Part shown: piece by piece, positions 20,863-30,824 of the stretch
Layout of the letters: each line of letters starts with the position of its first letter
Position numbering within the stretch: position 1 is the stretch's first letter
DNA from: an uncultured Planctomycetota bacterium
GTDB lineage: Bacteria; Planctomycetota; Planctomycetia; Isosphaerales; Isosphaeraceae
Direction: 5' to 3'
Assembly (NCBI GenBank): GCA_963845755.1
Contig: CAWJTV010000039.1
Location: 128,001-192,000 of the forward strand
DNA length: 64,000 nucleotides
Translations under genes and position numbers: made by a program
Notes under the pieces: generated by a model
Databases searched by the model: none
Told to the model about the DNA's origin: nothing
What the model saw: the letters and a program-made list of their open reading frames with translations, nothing else

Positions 20863-21864
20863 TCAGAGGGCTCCCAGCCTGGTCAGGAGCTCCGCGGTCC
20901 GGTTGGAATAACCCCACTCATTGTCGTACCAGCCGATGACTTTGACCAGGTTGTCGATCACCAGCGTCTGGTCGGGCGCGAAGATGCACGAATGCGGGTT
21001 GCCGATGATGTCACTGGAGACCAGCGGATCGGTGGAATACTCGATGATGCCTTTGAGCGGCCCCTCGGCGGCGGTCCGGATCGCCTCGTTGACCTGGTCC
21101 CTCGTCACATTCGCTTTCATCTCGGCCGTGAGGTCGGTCACCGAGCCGTCCGGCACCGGGACGCGGAGCGAGAAGCCCGTCAGCTTCCCCTTCAACTCGG
21201 GGATCACCTCACCGACGGCCTTCGCCGCCCCCGTCTTCGACGGGATGATGTTCACCGCCGCGGCCCGGGCGCGATACGGATCCTCGTGGACCTGGTCCGC
21301 AACCCTCTGGTCATTGGTATAGGCGTGGATGGTTGTCATGAGTCCCTTGACGATCCCGAAGGACTCATGCAGGACCTTGGCCATGGGCGCCAGGCAGTTA
21401 GTGGTGCACGACGCGTTCGAGATGATCCGGTGATCCTTGTTCAGGATGTGATCGTTCACGCCCAGCACGATCGTGGCGTCGAGTTGGTCCTTGGCCGGGG
21501 CGCTGAGCACGACCCGCTCGGCGCCGGCGCCGATGTGTTTCTGGAGGCTAGCCTTGTCGGTGAATCGTCCGGTGGACTCCAGCGCGACCTGGCAACCCAG
21601 CGTCTTCCACGGGAGGGAGCCGGGATCCGTCACCCTGGTGATCGGGATCTCCCGGCCGTTGACCACGAGGCTCTGCTCGCGCGCCTCGACGGTCCCCTTG
21701 AACCGCCCTTGCGTGCTGTCATACTTCAAGAGAAACCCAAGGTGTTTGGGGTCGGACAGGTCGTTGATCGCCACGACCTCGAAATCCGCGGGCCGCTCGG
21801 CCAGGACCCGGAAAACCAGCCGGCCGATCCGTCCGAACCCATTGATGCCCACACGTAATCCCAC
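20863..21864 (-). CDS. gap: Type I glyceraldehyde-3-phosphate dehydrogenase
   Basis: [18 protein letters not shown] and WYDNEWGYS motifs. Confidence 0.97.
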   Translation of the reverse strand: MGLRVGINGFGRIGRLVFRVLAERPADFEVVAINDLSDPKHLGFLLKYDSTQGRFKGTVEAREQSLVVNGREIPITRVTDPGSLPWKTLGCQVALESTGRFTDKASLQKHIGAGAERVVLSAPAKDQLDATIVLGVNDHILNKDHRIISNASCTTNCLAPMAKVLHESFGIVKGLMTTIHAYTNDQRVADQVHEDPYRARAAAVNIIPSKTGAAKAVGEVIPELKGKLTGFSLRVPVPDGSVTDLTAEMKANVTRDQVNEAIRTAAEGPLKGIIEYSTDPLVSSDIIGNPHSCIFAPDQTLVIDNLVKVIGWYDNEWGYSNRTAELLTRLGAL

Positions 21865-22212
21865 GACTGACCTCCTCGTTCGACACCACGGAACCCGAAT
21901 GATTGTGTTGGGGTGGTCCTTCGACCTCGCCCGAGCCTACCAGATCGGTAGGGCTTTTCGTAGGACTCACCGGCTGTCGGGGAGACAACCCGGCGTCCGA
22001 ACCGTCGACGGCGATCGGGGAGAGCGGAACGCCTGCCCTGATGGTGCGTCATCGAGATCGTCGTCGCGGCGGCATTGCGGTTGATGACACCGCATTCTAC
22101 CGCCATCGGCAAGGACCGCCCGGGGCGGTGTACCGGAGAAAGGGGGTGAGGCACGACCCGGGGGGATGCGTTATTCGTCTGGGTGGCCGGCCGGCGCGAT
22201 GCCTGGCGGAGG

Positions 22213-23445
22213 TCAGGTCAAGATGTCGGCTCGCGACTGCGATTCCCGGGATGTCCGCACCCATTCCTTGGGCCGGCCCTGGAGCGAGATCAACACTTTC
22301 CAGACGAGATACACGGGGAACTTCACGAGAACCCAGAAGTACCGCCACGGTAGCCCCATCGCCAGGAACGGCGACAGCGCATACACGCCGACTGCAACGG
22401 TCATGAAGAGATTGCAAGACAGGAATACCCAGGTCTCGGTCATCCCACCGGCCGCCAGCCTCGGCCAGCACATCAGGAAGTTCAAGACCATGAGGACGGC
22501 GTACACCGCCAGAAAGGTACCCATCGTGGGGAGGCTCAACTCGAAGAACGCCAGCAGTTTGTCCCACCACCCGAGCTGGGGAGTTCGCAGTACGGGGAGC
22601 AGGTATTTCCAGCGGATCTCCTGGCGGCCGAACTCCCAGCGCCGGCGCTGGCTGGCCGCCGCCGTCCCGCCGGAGGTCGGCATCACTCCGTACACGCGGG
22701 CCGACGGCTCGAAGGCGATCGTCTCGCCGGCGATCCGGAGCTTCCAGGTAAACTCCAGGTCTTCGACCAGGCCGTGCGAGGCCCAGGACCTCCGACGCAA
22801 CCCACGGGTCGAGAAGCACATGCCGTTGCCGCGCAGGCTCGCACTGGTCCCCAGGGCGTGCTGGCCCCGCAGTAAGGCGCCGTTGAACAGGCTGAAGGAG
22901 TAGGTCATCAACCGGGTCCGCCAGCTCTGGTCGGTATTGGCCACCGTGTAGTAGCTCTGGATCCAGTCCTGGCCCGACCGCAGTCCCGTATCGAAGCGAC
23001 GGAGCAAGTGCGGGTCGATCGTGGTATCCGCATCGATGACGACCAGGGCGTCCAGGGAATCGAGCTCCCCGGACCGGTCGAGGTTTTCGATCAGGTATTC
23101 GATCGCATATCCCTTGCTCTTCTTGACGGAATCAACCCGCTCGACGACGCAGGCGCCGGCCTCCTCCGCCGCGGCCGCGGTCCGATCCGAGCAATTGTCG
23201 GCGATCACCACGACGCGAAAGAGCGATTCGGGATAGTCCGCGGCCCGACAACTGTTCACCGTCGCGGCGATCCCCGACTCTTCGTTGTGTGCCGGAATGA
23301 CGATCAAGAGCCGCGATTGGGGCTCCTGGGTCGGCTTGGGGCCGCTCCGAGACAGAATCGCAGCCAGTCCGACCGCGACCAGAAAGACGAAGTAGGGAAG
23401 AATCGCGAGATTCAGGATGAGGATGAGCCAATCGGGCAACAGCAT
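22213..23445 (-). CDS. Processive-type membrane glycosyltransferase family 2
   Basis: IPAHNEE, ADNCSD, IDAD, VEDLE and QRRRW motifs; TM segments at both ends. Confidence 0.88.
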   Translation of the reverse strand: MLLPDWLILILNLAILPYFVFLVAVGLAAILSRSGPKPTQEPQSRLLIVIPAHNEESGIAATVNSCRAADYPESLFRVVVIADNCSDRTAAAAEEAGACVVERVDSVKKSKGYAIEYLIENLDRSGELDSLDALVVIDADTTIDPHLLRRFDTGLRSGQDWIQSYYTVANTDQSWRTRLMTYSFSLFNGALLRGQHALGTSASLRGNGMCFSTRGLRRRSWASHGLVEDLEFTWKLRIAGETIAFEPSARVYGVMPTSGGTAAASQRRRWEFGRQEIRWKYLLPVLRTPQLGWWDKLLAFFELSLPTMGTFLAVYAVLMVLNFLMCWPRLAAGGMTETWVFLSCNLFMTVAVGVYALSPFLAMGLPWRYFWVLVKFPVYLVWKVLISLQGRPKEWVRTSRESQSRADILT

Positions 23446-24010
23446 AACTGCGGGATCCCCTCGACCTTCAGAGCGGGACTTTGAATTCGCATTGGGAACC
23501 GAGAGGAAAACGCTTATCGAAGAGGACGATGCCGAGGCTCTTGGTTCCTATCGTTGTCCCCAACACGAGCATAGCAAACCTCACTGAGAATGACCAACAC
23601 GCGGATTTACTCCCTGGCTTTGTTGAGTAATCGGGTGACCCTCAAGTCACAACTTCTATCTGGATTGGGATTTGTGATTTGTGGCCGGGTCGATAAACGC
23701 TCGGTCCGGGACGAGTTCCTAGGGTGACTGAAGTGGAGGATGGCTCGGCACAACTCCAAAAGAGATTGCCACTTGCGAATGAGAAACCGGCCCGGAGCAG
23801 TAACGGACCAGGTCACGCCGGTCCCGACGCAGATGTTTACTAAAACCAACGGTCCGTTTCGGAGATCGCTCACCAGGACGGCCCGGGGAGCTTGCCGGGA
23901 AAGTAGATAGGAAAAAGGGGCAATATATGCTGAAAACTGCGGGAGGTGAGGAACCATCCTCCGCCGGGTTCGTGGGGGAACGTGACATTCCAAGTCGCTC
24001 CGACCCGCGC

Positions 24011-25165
24011 TCATGCGACCGCCGCGGTGATCTCGGCCAGGGCTTGGAGAAACGCCGCGATCTCCTCGGCCGTCGTGAACGGTCCGGGGCTGAGGCGGAG
24101 CGTGCCATCGGGGAAGGTGCCCAGGGTCCGGTGGATGTAGGGGGCGCAGTGGAGTCCCGGGCGGACCGCGATCTCGAAGCTGGTATCCAGGATGGCACCG
24201 ATGTCCTGGGGCGAGAGCGACTCCGGGACGATCAACGAGAGGGCGCCGACATGAGTCGCCGGGTCCCATCGGCCCGCGACGAGCCAGCCGTCGGAGTCCT
24301 CAACCCAGTCGACCACGCGTTGGAGAAGTTCGACCTCATGACGACGCAGGTTGTCCGGCCCGTGTTCGACGACCCAGGCGATACCGGCCAACAGGCCGGC
24401 AACGCCCAGGACATTGGGCGTGCCGCCTTCGAGGTGGTACGGAAGGAGGGCCGGCTGGGTCGGGCTCGAGGAATCGCCGCCGGTGCCCCCCTCTCGCCAG
24501 GGGCGGATCCGTCCGTCGGTCCGGGGCCCGACGTAGACGGCCCCGGTCCCGGTCGGGCCATAGAGAGCCTTGTGACCGGGAAAGGCCAGGATGTCGATTG
24601 CCGTCGCGCGCAGGTCGATCGGGATGACACCGGCCGACTGGGCCGCGTCGACCAGGAACAGCGCGCCGGACTCGCGCACGATCGTCGCGATCGCCTCGAC
24701 CGGCTGCACGGTCCCCAGGACGTTCGAAGCCTGGGTCATCGCGACCAGCGCGGTCCGGGGCGTGATCGCCCGCAGGATCGCATCGGGGTCCACATAACCG
24801 GCCTCGGAGGCGACTCGCGTCAGGGCGATCACGCCGGCCTTCTCCAGGGCTCGCAGTGGCCGGCTGATCGAGTTGTGCTCCAGGTCGGTCGTGACCACGT
24901 GATCGCCGGGCTGGACGATCCCCTTGATCGCGAGGTTCAGTCCGTCCGTGCAATTCATCGTGAAGATCCAGCGCTCCGGCGCCTCGCCCCGGAAGAGCTG
25001 GTTGAGGGCGTGGCGCGCGGCGTCGAGCGATTGCTCGGCGCCGATGGCCATGCGATGCCCGGCCCGGCCCGGATTCGCCAGACTCGTCCGGGCGAAGCGG
25101 TCGAGGGCCTGGTAGACCGGTTCGGGCTTCGGGAAGCTGGTTGCGGCGTTGTCGAGGTAGATCAT
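24011..25165 (-). CDS. Cysteine desulfurase family PLP enzyme (class V)
   Basis: YLDNAATS, EHNS, DAAQSAG, PGHK, GGTPN and RPGLHCAP motifs. Confidence 0.9.
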   Translation of the reverse strand: MIYLDNAATSFPKPEPVYQALDRFARTSLANPGRAGHRMAIGAEQSLDAARHALNQLFRGEAPERWIFTMNCTDGLNLAIKGIVQPGDHVVTTDLEHNSISRPLRALEKAGVIALTRVASEAGYVDPDAILRAITPRTALVAMTQASNVLGTVQPVEAIATIVRESGALFLVDAAQSAGVIPIDLRATAIDILAFPGHKALYGPTGTGAVYVGPRTDGRIRPWREGGTGGDSSSPTQPALLPYHLEGGTPNVLGVAGLLAGIAWVVEHGPDNLRRHEVELLQRVVDWVEDSDGWLVAGRWDPATHVGALSLIVPESLSPQDIGAILDTSFEIAVRPGLHCAPYIHRTLGTFPDGTLRLSPGPFTTAEEIAAFLQALAEITAAVA

Positions 25166-25257
25166 GGGTCGTATTCTTCAGTGCTCAGTGGTCAGTTAAT
25201 ATAAGATAGCCATAAATTAATGAGAATAGAATACTGAACGCCAGGGCGAAGCATTTA

Positions 25258-26298
25258 TTATGAACCGACGAACTGAGCATAAAGCGTCCGCGCCTTGGCG
25301 ATGTCATTGGTCCCCTTGATGATCGCGCGGCCGTCGGGGAAGACGGTGAACTCATAACCCTCGGTCGCGAACCGGAGCATGAAGGCGTTGTGGCGAACCT
25401 CGCCGAGCGGTCCCAGGCGCCGCGCCATCTCGGGGAAGTCGAGCGGTTCGGGACGGCGCGCGGCGACCTGGACCGCGTTGCGTCCGCAGAGGGAGGTCGT
25501 GTGCGAGCCCATCGTCCCGTCGAGCCATTCGAATCGCCTCTGCCCGCAACAGGGGCAGTCCACCTTGCCGAGCAGCCCGGCCACCTTGAGCTGCCGGAAG
25601 CTCCAGTCCCAGAGGTCGACCATGATCAAGTGGTCGTTGAGGGCTTCGAACCGGCCGGCCAGCAGCTTGATGGCCTCGATCGCCTCGAACGAGGCGATGA
25701 CCGCCACGGCCGGGCCGAGCACCCCGGCGGTCTCGCATGTCGGGGTCATGCCGGGCGGGGGCGCGGTCTCGATCAGGCACCGCAAGCACGGCGTCTTCCC
25801 CGGGATGATCGTCATCGTCTGGCCTTCGCTGCCAATCACCCCGCCGAAGATCCACGGTTTGCCCAGCTTGACTGCCGCGTCGTTGATCAGATAGCGGGTC
25901 TCGAAGTTGTCGGTCCCGTCCAGGATCAAGTCGGCGTCCCCGACCAGATCGAGGATATTGGTGTGATCGAGATCCGTCACGACCGGCTCGACCGCGATCG
26001 TGCTGTTGATCGCCCGGATCTTCCGCGCGGCGGCCTCGGCCTTGGGCAGGTTCTCGGCGACGTCGGCCTCGTCGAACAGGATCTGGCGTTGCAGGTTGTG
26101 CGTCTCGATGAAGTCGCGGTCGATGATGCGGATCATCCCGACGCCGGCCCGTGCGAGGTGATTGGCCAGCACGGTCCCCAGCGCCCCGCAGCCGCACAGG
26201 GTGACGCGGCTCTTCAACAACGCGCGCTGGCCCGATTCTCCGAGCTGCGGGAACCGGACCTGGCGGCTGTAGCGGTCGAGCGGCTCTTCTTCGGTCAT
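25258..26298 (-). CDS. ThiF/MoeB family adenylyltransferase
   Basis: RYSRQ, GCGALG, NLQRQ, DGTDNF, CLRC and CPCC motifs. Confidence 0.9.
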   Translation of the reverse strand: MTEEEPLDRYSRQVRFPQLGESGQRALLKSRVTLCGCGALGTVLANHLARAGVGMIRIIDRDFIETHNLQRQILFDEADVAENLPKAEAAARKIRAINSTIAVEPVVTDLDHTNILDLVGDADLILDGTDNFETRYLINDAAVKLGKPWIFGGVIGSEGQTMTIIPGKTPCLRCLIETAPPPGMTPTCETAGVLGPAVAVIASFEAIEAIKLLAGRFEALNDHLIMVDLWDWSFRQLKVAGLLGKVDCPCCGQRRFEWLDGTMGSHTTSLCGRNAVQVAARRPEPLDFPEMARRLGPLGEVRHNAFMLRFATEGYEFTVFPDGRAIIKGTNDIAKARTLYAQFVGS

Positions 26299-26311
26299 CG
26301 GTCCTTCCTCT

Positions 26312-26581
26312 TCAGCCGCCCGCGACGGCGGGGATGATGCTGATCTCGTCGGCCTCGGCGACCGGCGTGGCCAGATCGTCCAGATAACGGATATCTTCGT
26401 TGTTCACGTAAACATTGACGAACCGCCGCAACTCCTCGCCGTCGAAGAGCCGCTCGCGGAGCGCCGGATGCCGGGACGCCAGGTCGGCCAGGAGTTCGCC
26501 GACCGTAGACCCTGCGGCCTCCACGCGATCGAGGCCCCCGGCGTGAGGACGGAGCGGCGTCGGGATACGGACGACTGCCAT
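26312..26581 (-). CDS. MoaD/ThiS/CysO ubiquitin-like sulfur carrier
   Basis: VRIPTPLR...RRFVNVYVNNEDIR...IIPAVAGG with C-terminal GG. Confidence 0.9.
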   Translation of the reverse strand: MAVVRIPTPLRPHAGGLDRVEAAGSTVGELLADLASRHPALRERLFDGEELRRFVNVYVNNEDIRYLDDLATPVAEADEISIIPAVAGG

Positions 26582-26600
26582 GGGTGTGATCCTTGTAGAA

Positions 26601-26664
26601 GTAGGGTGCTCTGTGAGCACCGATTCTCGTCCGGAGCCATATGGGTGCTCGCAGAGCACCCTAC
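26601..26664. repeat. GTAG-type REP doublet
   Basis: GTAGGGTGCTCTGTGAGCACC ... GGTGCTCGCAGAGCACCCTAC. Confidence 0.75.
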
Positions 26665-26669
26665 GGGCG

Positions 26670-27940
26670 TTACACCGCGCCGGCAGCCATCAGGTCGGGC
26701 GAGAGGGTTTCGAGGAGCGATTCGAACTCCTCCATGGTCGGCTTGATGACGACGGGCCTGGGCATCCGTTCGAGCAGGGGTTCCTGGGTCTTGAGGCCGT
26801 TGCCGGTGATGCAGACGACGATCGAGTCATCCCGGCCGATCCGGCCCTGTTCGATGAGCTTCTGGGCGACGGCAAGGGTGACGCCCCCGGCGGTCTCGGC
26901 CCAGATGCCTTCGGTCTCGGCGAGGAGCCTCATCGCGTCGATGATGGCATCGTCGTCGACATCCTCGCTCCAGCCGCCGGTCTCCTGGATCAGTTTGGAG
27001 GCGAAGAAGCCGTCGGCCGGGTCGCCGATGGCCAGGCTCTTGGCGATCGTCTGGGGATTGCGGACCGGCTTGACCTTGGTGGCGCCGGTCTTGACCATGG
27101 CGGAGATCGGGTTGCAGCCCGTGGCCTGGGCGCCGTGCAGCCGGGTGTTGACCGGGCCGTCGAGCAGGCCGAGCAACTCGAATTCCTTGAAAGCCTTGTG
27201 GATCTTGCCGATCAGGCTGCCGCCGGCCATCGGGGCGACGACGTGATCGGGCACCCGCCAGCCCAGGTCCTCGGCGATCTCGAAGCCGACCGACTTGGAC
27301 CCCTCGGCGTAGAACGGCCGGAGATTCACGTTGACGAACCCCCAGCCGAAGCGGAACGCGATCTGGGAGCAGAGCCGGTTGACGTGGTCGTAGTTGCCAT
27401 CGATGGCGATGACCTTGGCGCCGTAGATGGTCGCGCCCAGGACCTTGCCCTGCTCGAGCCCGTCCGGGATCAGGACATAAGCCTCCAACCCGGCCGCGGC
27501 GGCGTTGGCGGCCACGCTGTTGGCCAGGTTGCCGGTCGAGGCGCAGCCCACGGTCTGGAAGCCCAGTTCGACGGCCTTGGACAAGGCCACGGCCACGACC
27601 CGGTCCTTGAACGAGAGGGTCGGATAGTTCACGGCGTCGTTCTTGATGTACAGCTCGGCGACGCCCAGCACCGGGCCAGCCGGTCGGCGCGGACCAGTGG
27701 CGTACCGCCGACATGCTGCCCCACGGTGGGCTCGCCGTCGATCGGCAGCAGCTCGCGGTAGCGCCACATCGTCCGGGGCCGCGACGCGATCGCCGCCCGG
27801 GTCATCGTCCGCGACACCTCGGCGTAGTCGTAGGTGACTTCCAGCGGACCGAAATCCTCCGTGCAGAAGTTCAGGGCTTCCTTGGGATAAATCTTGCCGC
27901 ACAGGCGGCACTTCAAACCACTCGCAGTTTCCACGGACAC
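26670..27940 (-). CDS. Threonine synthase-like PLP enzyme (frameshift near 27670)
   Basis: N-terminal CRLC/C zinc motif; YPTLSFKDR, CASTGNLA and ITGNGLK motifs. Confidence 0.88.
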
Positions 27941-27980
27941 CGGTATCACTCCCTCATTGAGGAGACGATCCGAGAACTCA

Positions 27981-28040
27981 GTAGGGTGGGTGAAACCCAC
28001 CGAGAAGTGGCCCGAGCCTGGTGGGTTTCACCCACCCGAC
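27981..28040. repeat. GTAG-type REP doublet
   Basis: GTAGGGTGGGTGAAACCCACC ... GGTGGGTTTCACCCACCCGAC; a half copy also lies at 39389-39409. Confidence 0.75.
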
Positions 28041-28182
28041 AAAGGCCGGACGCTGTCCTCGGACCGTTTCCGCGTGTGGCGCGAATCCCGATCCAGAGGC
28101 GAGTTCTCGGCTCGACGCCCGGGAGGAGGGGGAAGATGAGGAGGGTTGACGGCGGCCTCCGAATCGGCGGCACACCGTTGAC

Positions 28183-28351
28183 CATCTTATCTGCCCCATC
28201 GGCGTCATCCTTCGGGGTTGGAGGTCGGCTTCAGCCGATCGTCATCCCGGAAAAAGACGCTGGGCGGGAGTTAGCACCAGCATTCGCCATGTTGGCGAAC
28301 CGGTTGCTGTGGCGTCGTCGGGCCCGTCCCTCAGCCACTCTGGATAAGATG
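28183..28351 (-). promoter_or_regulatory. SAM-I (S-box) riboswitch with extended P4
   Basis: Minus strand reads CATCTTATCCAGAGTGGCTGAGGGACGGGCCCGACGACGCCACAGCAACC...GGTGCTAACTCC...AGATAAGATG. P1 is a perfect 9-bp stem. Confidence 0.93.
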
Positions 28352-28427
28352 CGCACCAAATTGTAAGTCCCCCGAATGTAATCGCGGCGGACGGACCGCG
28401 TCAAGTCCCGAGTGAGCGGCTCTTCGG

Positions 28428-29792
28428 TCAGCCTCTGAGCCACTCGAGCGTCTGATGGGGTGCCGGGTCGGTTTCGAGGTGGGAGACCCGCTCCCGGATC
28501 CGGTCGGCGGTCTTGCGTCCCAGGACGGGATCGACCAGCCCGTGGAACTTGTCGGCGAGCTGGTCGTCGGTGAGCGGGTTCTTGTCGTGGCCGGGTGGGA
28601 AGGCGATCTCGGAAACCAGCGTGTTGCCATCGTCGAGAGTGACCGTCACGCGGTTGGGCGTGCCGGCCGGGTAACCGGCGGTGAGCTGCGGGTCCTCGAC
28701 GATGCGGGTGCGGGCGACCAGGTCGAGCAGGGCGGGGTCGGCCAGCCGCTGGGAGGTGAATTGTTCCGCCGTGATCTGGCCATCCACCAGGGCGACGGCC
28801 GTGCAGTAGGGCAGGCTATGGTCGGCCGTCTCGCGGGTCTGGGGCCGCCACTTCTCGGGATCCTTGCCGATGATCTCGACGGCCACGCGGAAGGTGGCGA
28901 TCTCGATCGAGCGGATCCGCGCCGGGTCGCCGATCCGGGGCCGCAGCTCGAAGGCCGCGGCGATGGCCGACTGGCTGTGATACTCGGCCGGCACGAACTT
29001 GATGGAGGTCTTGGGGAGCATCCAGTCCTCGGCGCCGGGACCGCCCAGCTTCGGCAGGGAGAACGGGCCGGAGACCTGCTGGAAGAAACCCATGTCGCCC
29101 TCGAACAGGGGGGCCGGGCCGGTCATGCCGTCGGCGGCGAGCATCGCGGCGAACAGGCCATTCCGCGCGGCGAAGGCGAACGCGCATCCCTTCCACATCG
29201 ACAGCTCGCCGGCGCAGGTGAGGCGCAAGGCGGTCCCGGTGGTCCCGGCAATCCCCAGCGCGTGGACCGTCTGCTCGTGCGAGAGCCCCAGCAGCCGGGC
29301 CGCGGCCAGCGTCGCGGAGAGCGAGCCGTACGTGGTGTGATCCCAGCCGCGGGCGCGGATGCTGGCGGCGTCGCAGAGGCGGCACTGGACCTCGTAGGCG
29401 ACCGCCGCGGCGGTGATCCAGGCTTTCCCGTCGGCTCCCGCGGCCTCGCCCGCGGCCATGACGGCCGCCCAGTTGTCGCTCGGATGCGCCGGCTCGAGCG
29501 AGAGATACGTATCATTGCAATCGAGGTAACGGATATGGACGCCGTTGGCGAACGCGGCCCAGTCGGGCGTGGACCGGCCGCCGCCGATCAAGGAGACCGA
29601 CGGGCGTCCCCGCGAACCGGCCGGCCACCCGGCGCCGCGATCGTCGAGGCAGGGCTCCGCCAGGGCTCCGACGGCGCAGGCCATCGAATCCAGCAGCCGG
29701 CGACGGGCTTCGACGATCACGTTCGAAGGCAGATCCTCGAACCGGGTTTCCAGGGCAAATGCGGCCAGCCGTTCGGCAAGGGTGTTGGACAT
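28428..29792 (-). CDS. prpD: MmgE/PrpD family protein (2-methylcitrate dehydratase-like)
   Basis: RYLDCNDTY, HPSDN, GWDH, GELSMWKG and ETADHSLPY motifs. Confidence 0.85.
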   Translation of the reverse strand: MSNTLAERLAAFALETRFEDLPSNVIVEARRRLLDSMACAVGALAEPCLDDRGAGWPAGSRGRPSVSLIGGGRSTPDWAAFANGVHIRYLDCNDTYLSLEPAHPSDNWAAVMAAGEAAGADGKAWITAAAVAYEVQCRLCDAASIRARGWDHTTYGSLSATLAAARLLGLSHEQTVHALGIAGTTGTALRLTCAGELSMWKGCAFAFAARNGLFAAMLAADGMTGPAPLFEGDMGFFQQVSGPFSLPKLGGPGAEDWMLPKTSIKFVPAEYHSQSAIAAAFELRPRIGDPARIRSIEIATFRVAVEIIGKDPEKWRPQTRETADHSLPYCTAVALVDGQITAEQFTSQRLADPALLDLVARTRIVEDPQLTAGYPAGTPNRVTVTLDDGNTLVSEIAFPPGHDKNPLTDDQLADKFHGLVDPVLGRKTADRIRERVSHLETDPAPHQTLEWLRG

Positions 29793-29832
29793 CGTTCGGC
29801 CTCACTCGGAGTTTGACTTCTCAATGCTTCCC

Positions 29833-30729
29833 TCACGAGCCCTTCTCAAGCCGCTTGACCGCCGCCTCCAGCTCGCGGATTCGCGCCTCGGCCTGGGCAC
29901 AGGCTTCGGCCTCGGCAGCGGCCTGTTTCTCGGCCCTGGCGCAGGCCTTCTCGGCCCTGGCGCGGGCCTTCTCGGCCCTGGCGCGGGCCTTCTTCTCCGC
30001 CGCCAGTGCTTGGTCAACCGCCGCGTAGTCCCCTACCTCTTCACCCGTCCCGGGGTCGAAGCAGGCTACCCGGATATAACCGCCCCGACGTTCGCGCGTC
30101 AGGCCCAGCCACAACTCAACCGCCGGCAGCCAGATGCGACCCTGCTTGTTCGGCTTGAACCGCCGATAACCCCTCGGTCCGTGGCGATACTCGATCAACT
30201 CGACGCGTCGTTGCTCTTCGTCTTCGACGGTGACGTCGGCGATGACGTACTGGGGTACGCCGGCACGGTGGTAATAGTCGACCTTGATCTCCAGATCGTT
30301 GTTCCGAGTTTCCGGCGAGGTGATCTCGATGACCAGAGCCGGCCGGGCGCCTTCCGCGGCCACGTCGAATGTCAACCAGAGGGAATACCGTCTCACGCCG
30401 AAAAAGACGGCGAGGTCGGGGCCGAGCGGTCTGACACCGGGGATGTTCCAATCCACCCGGCAGTCCGAGAGCACGACCGATGTGGGATCGTGTTCCAGTC
30501 GAGCCTCGGACACCGTTCTGAGGTAGGTCCTCTCGCGATCGTGAGGGTCGCTCTGCACGATGAAATCCCCTTCCTCGGGATGGAGCACGTCCTCCAGGGT
30601 CAGGGGGACTTGATCGAACTCCTCGGTCCCATCCGGCCCGGTGATGCGGACGTACCGCCAGCCGTAACGGAAGGGATCCGGTTCGTCGGAAGGGGACCTG
30701 GGTGGGCGGGTCGTCGAGGCGGTACTCAT
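29833..30729 (-). CDS. Uma2 family endonuclease with C-terminal coiled coil (three 21-nt repeats at 29927-29989)
   Basis: GPDLAVF, VIEITSPET, K...Y...GV..Y motifs; EKARARA repeats. Confidence 0.85.
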   Translation of the reverse strand: MSTASTTRPPRSPSDEPDPFRYGWRYVRITGPDGTEEFDQVPLTLEDVLHPEEGDFIVQSDPHDRERTYLRTVSEARLEHDPTSVVLSDCRVDWNIPGVRPLGPDLAVFFGVRRYSLWLTFDVAAEGARPALVIEITSPETRNNDLEIKVDYYHRAGVPQYVIADVTVEDEEQRRVELIEYRHGPRGYRRFKPNKQGRIWLPAVELWLGLTRERRGGYIRVACFDPGTGEEVGDYAAVDQALAAEKKARARAEKARARAEKACARAEKQAAAEAEACAQAEARIRELEAAVKRLEKGS

Positions 30730-30824
30730 GAGCGAACCTCTCCGGTTGCGAGCCGGGGCGGGATCAAAGCATGCCCGATTCTATCACCGGAGCGGCGGCC
30801 CGTCAGCCCGGGCCATCGCCTCAG

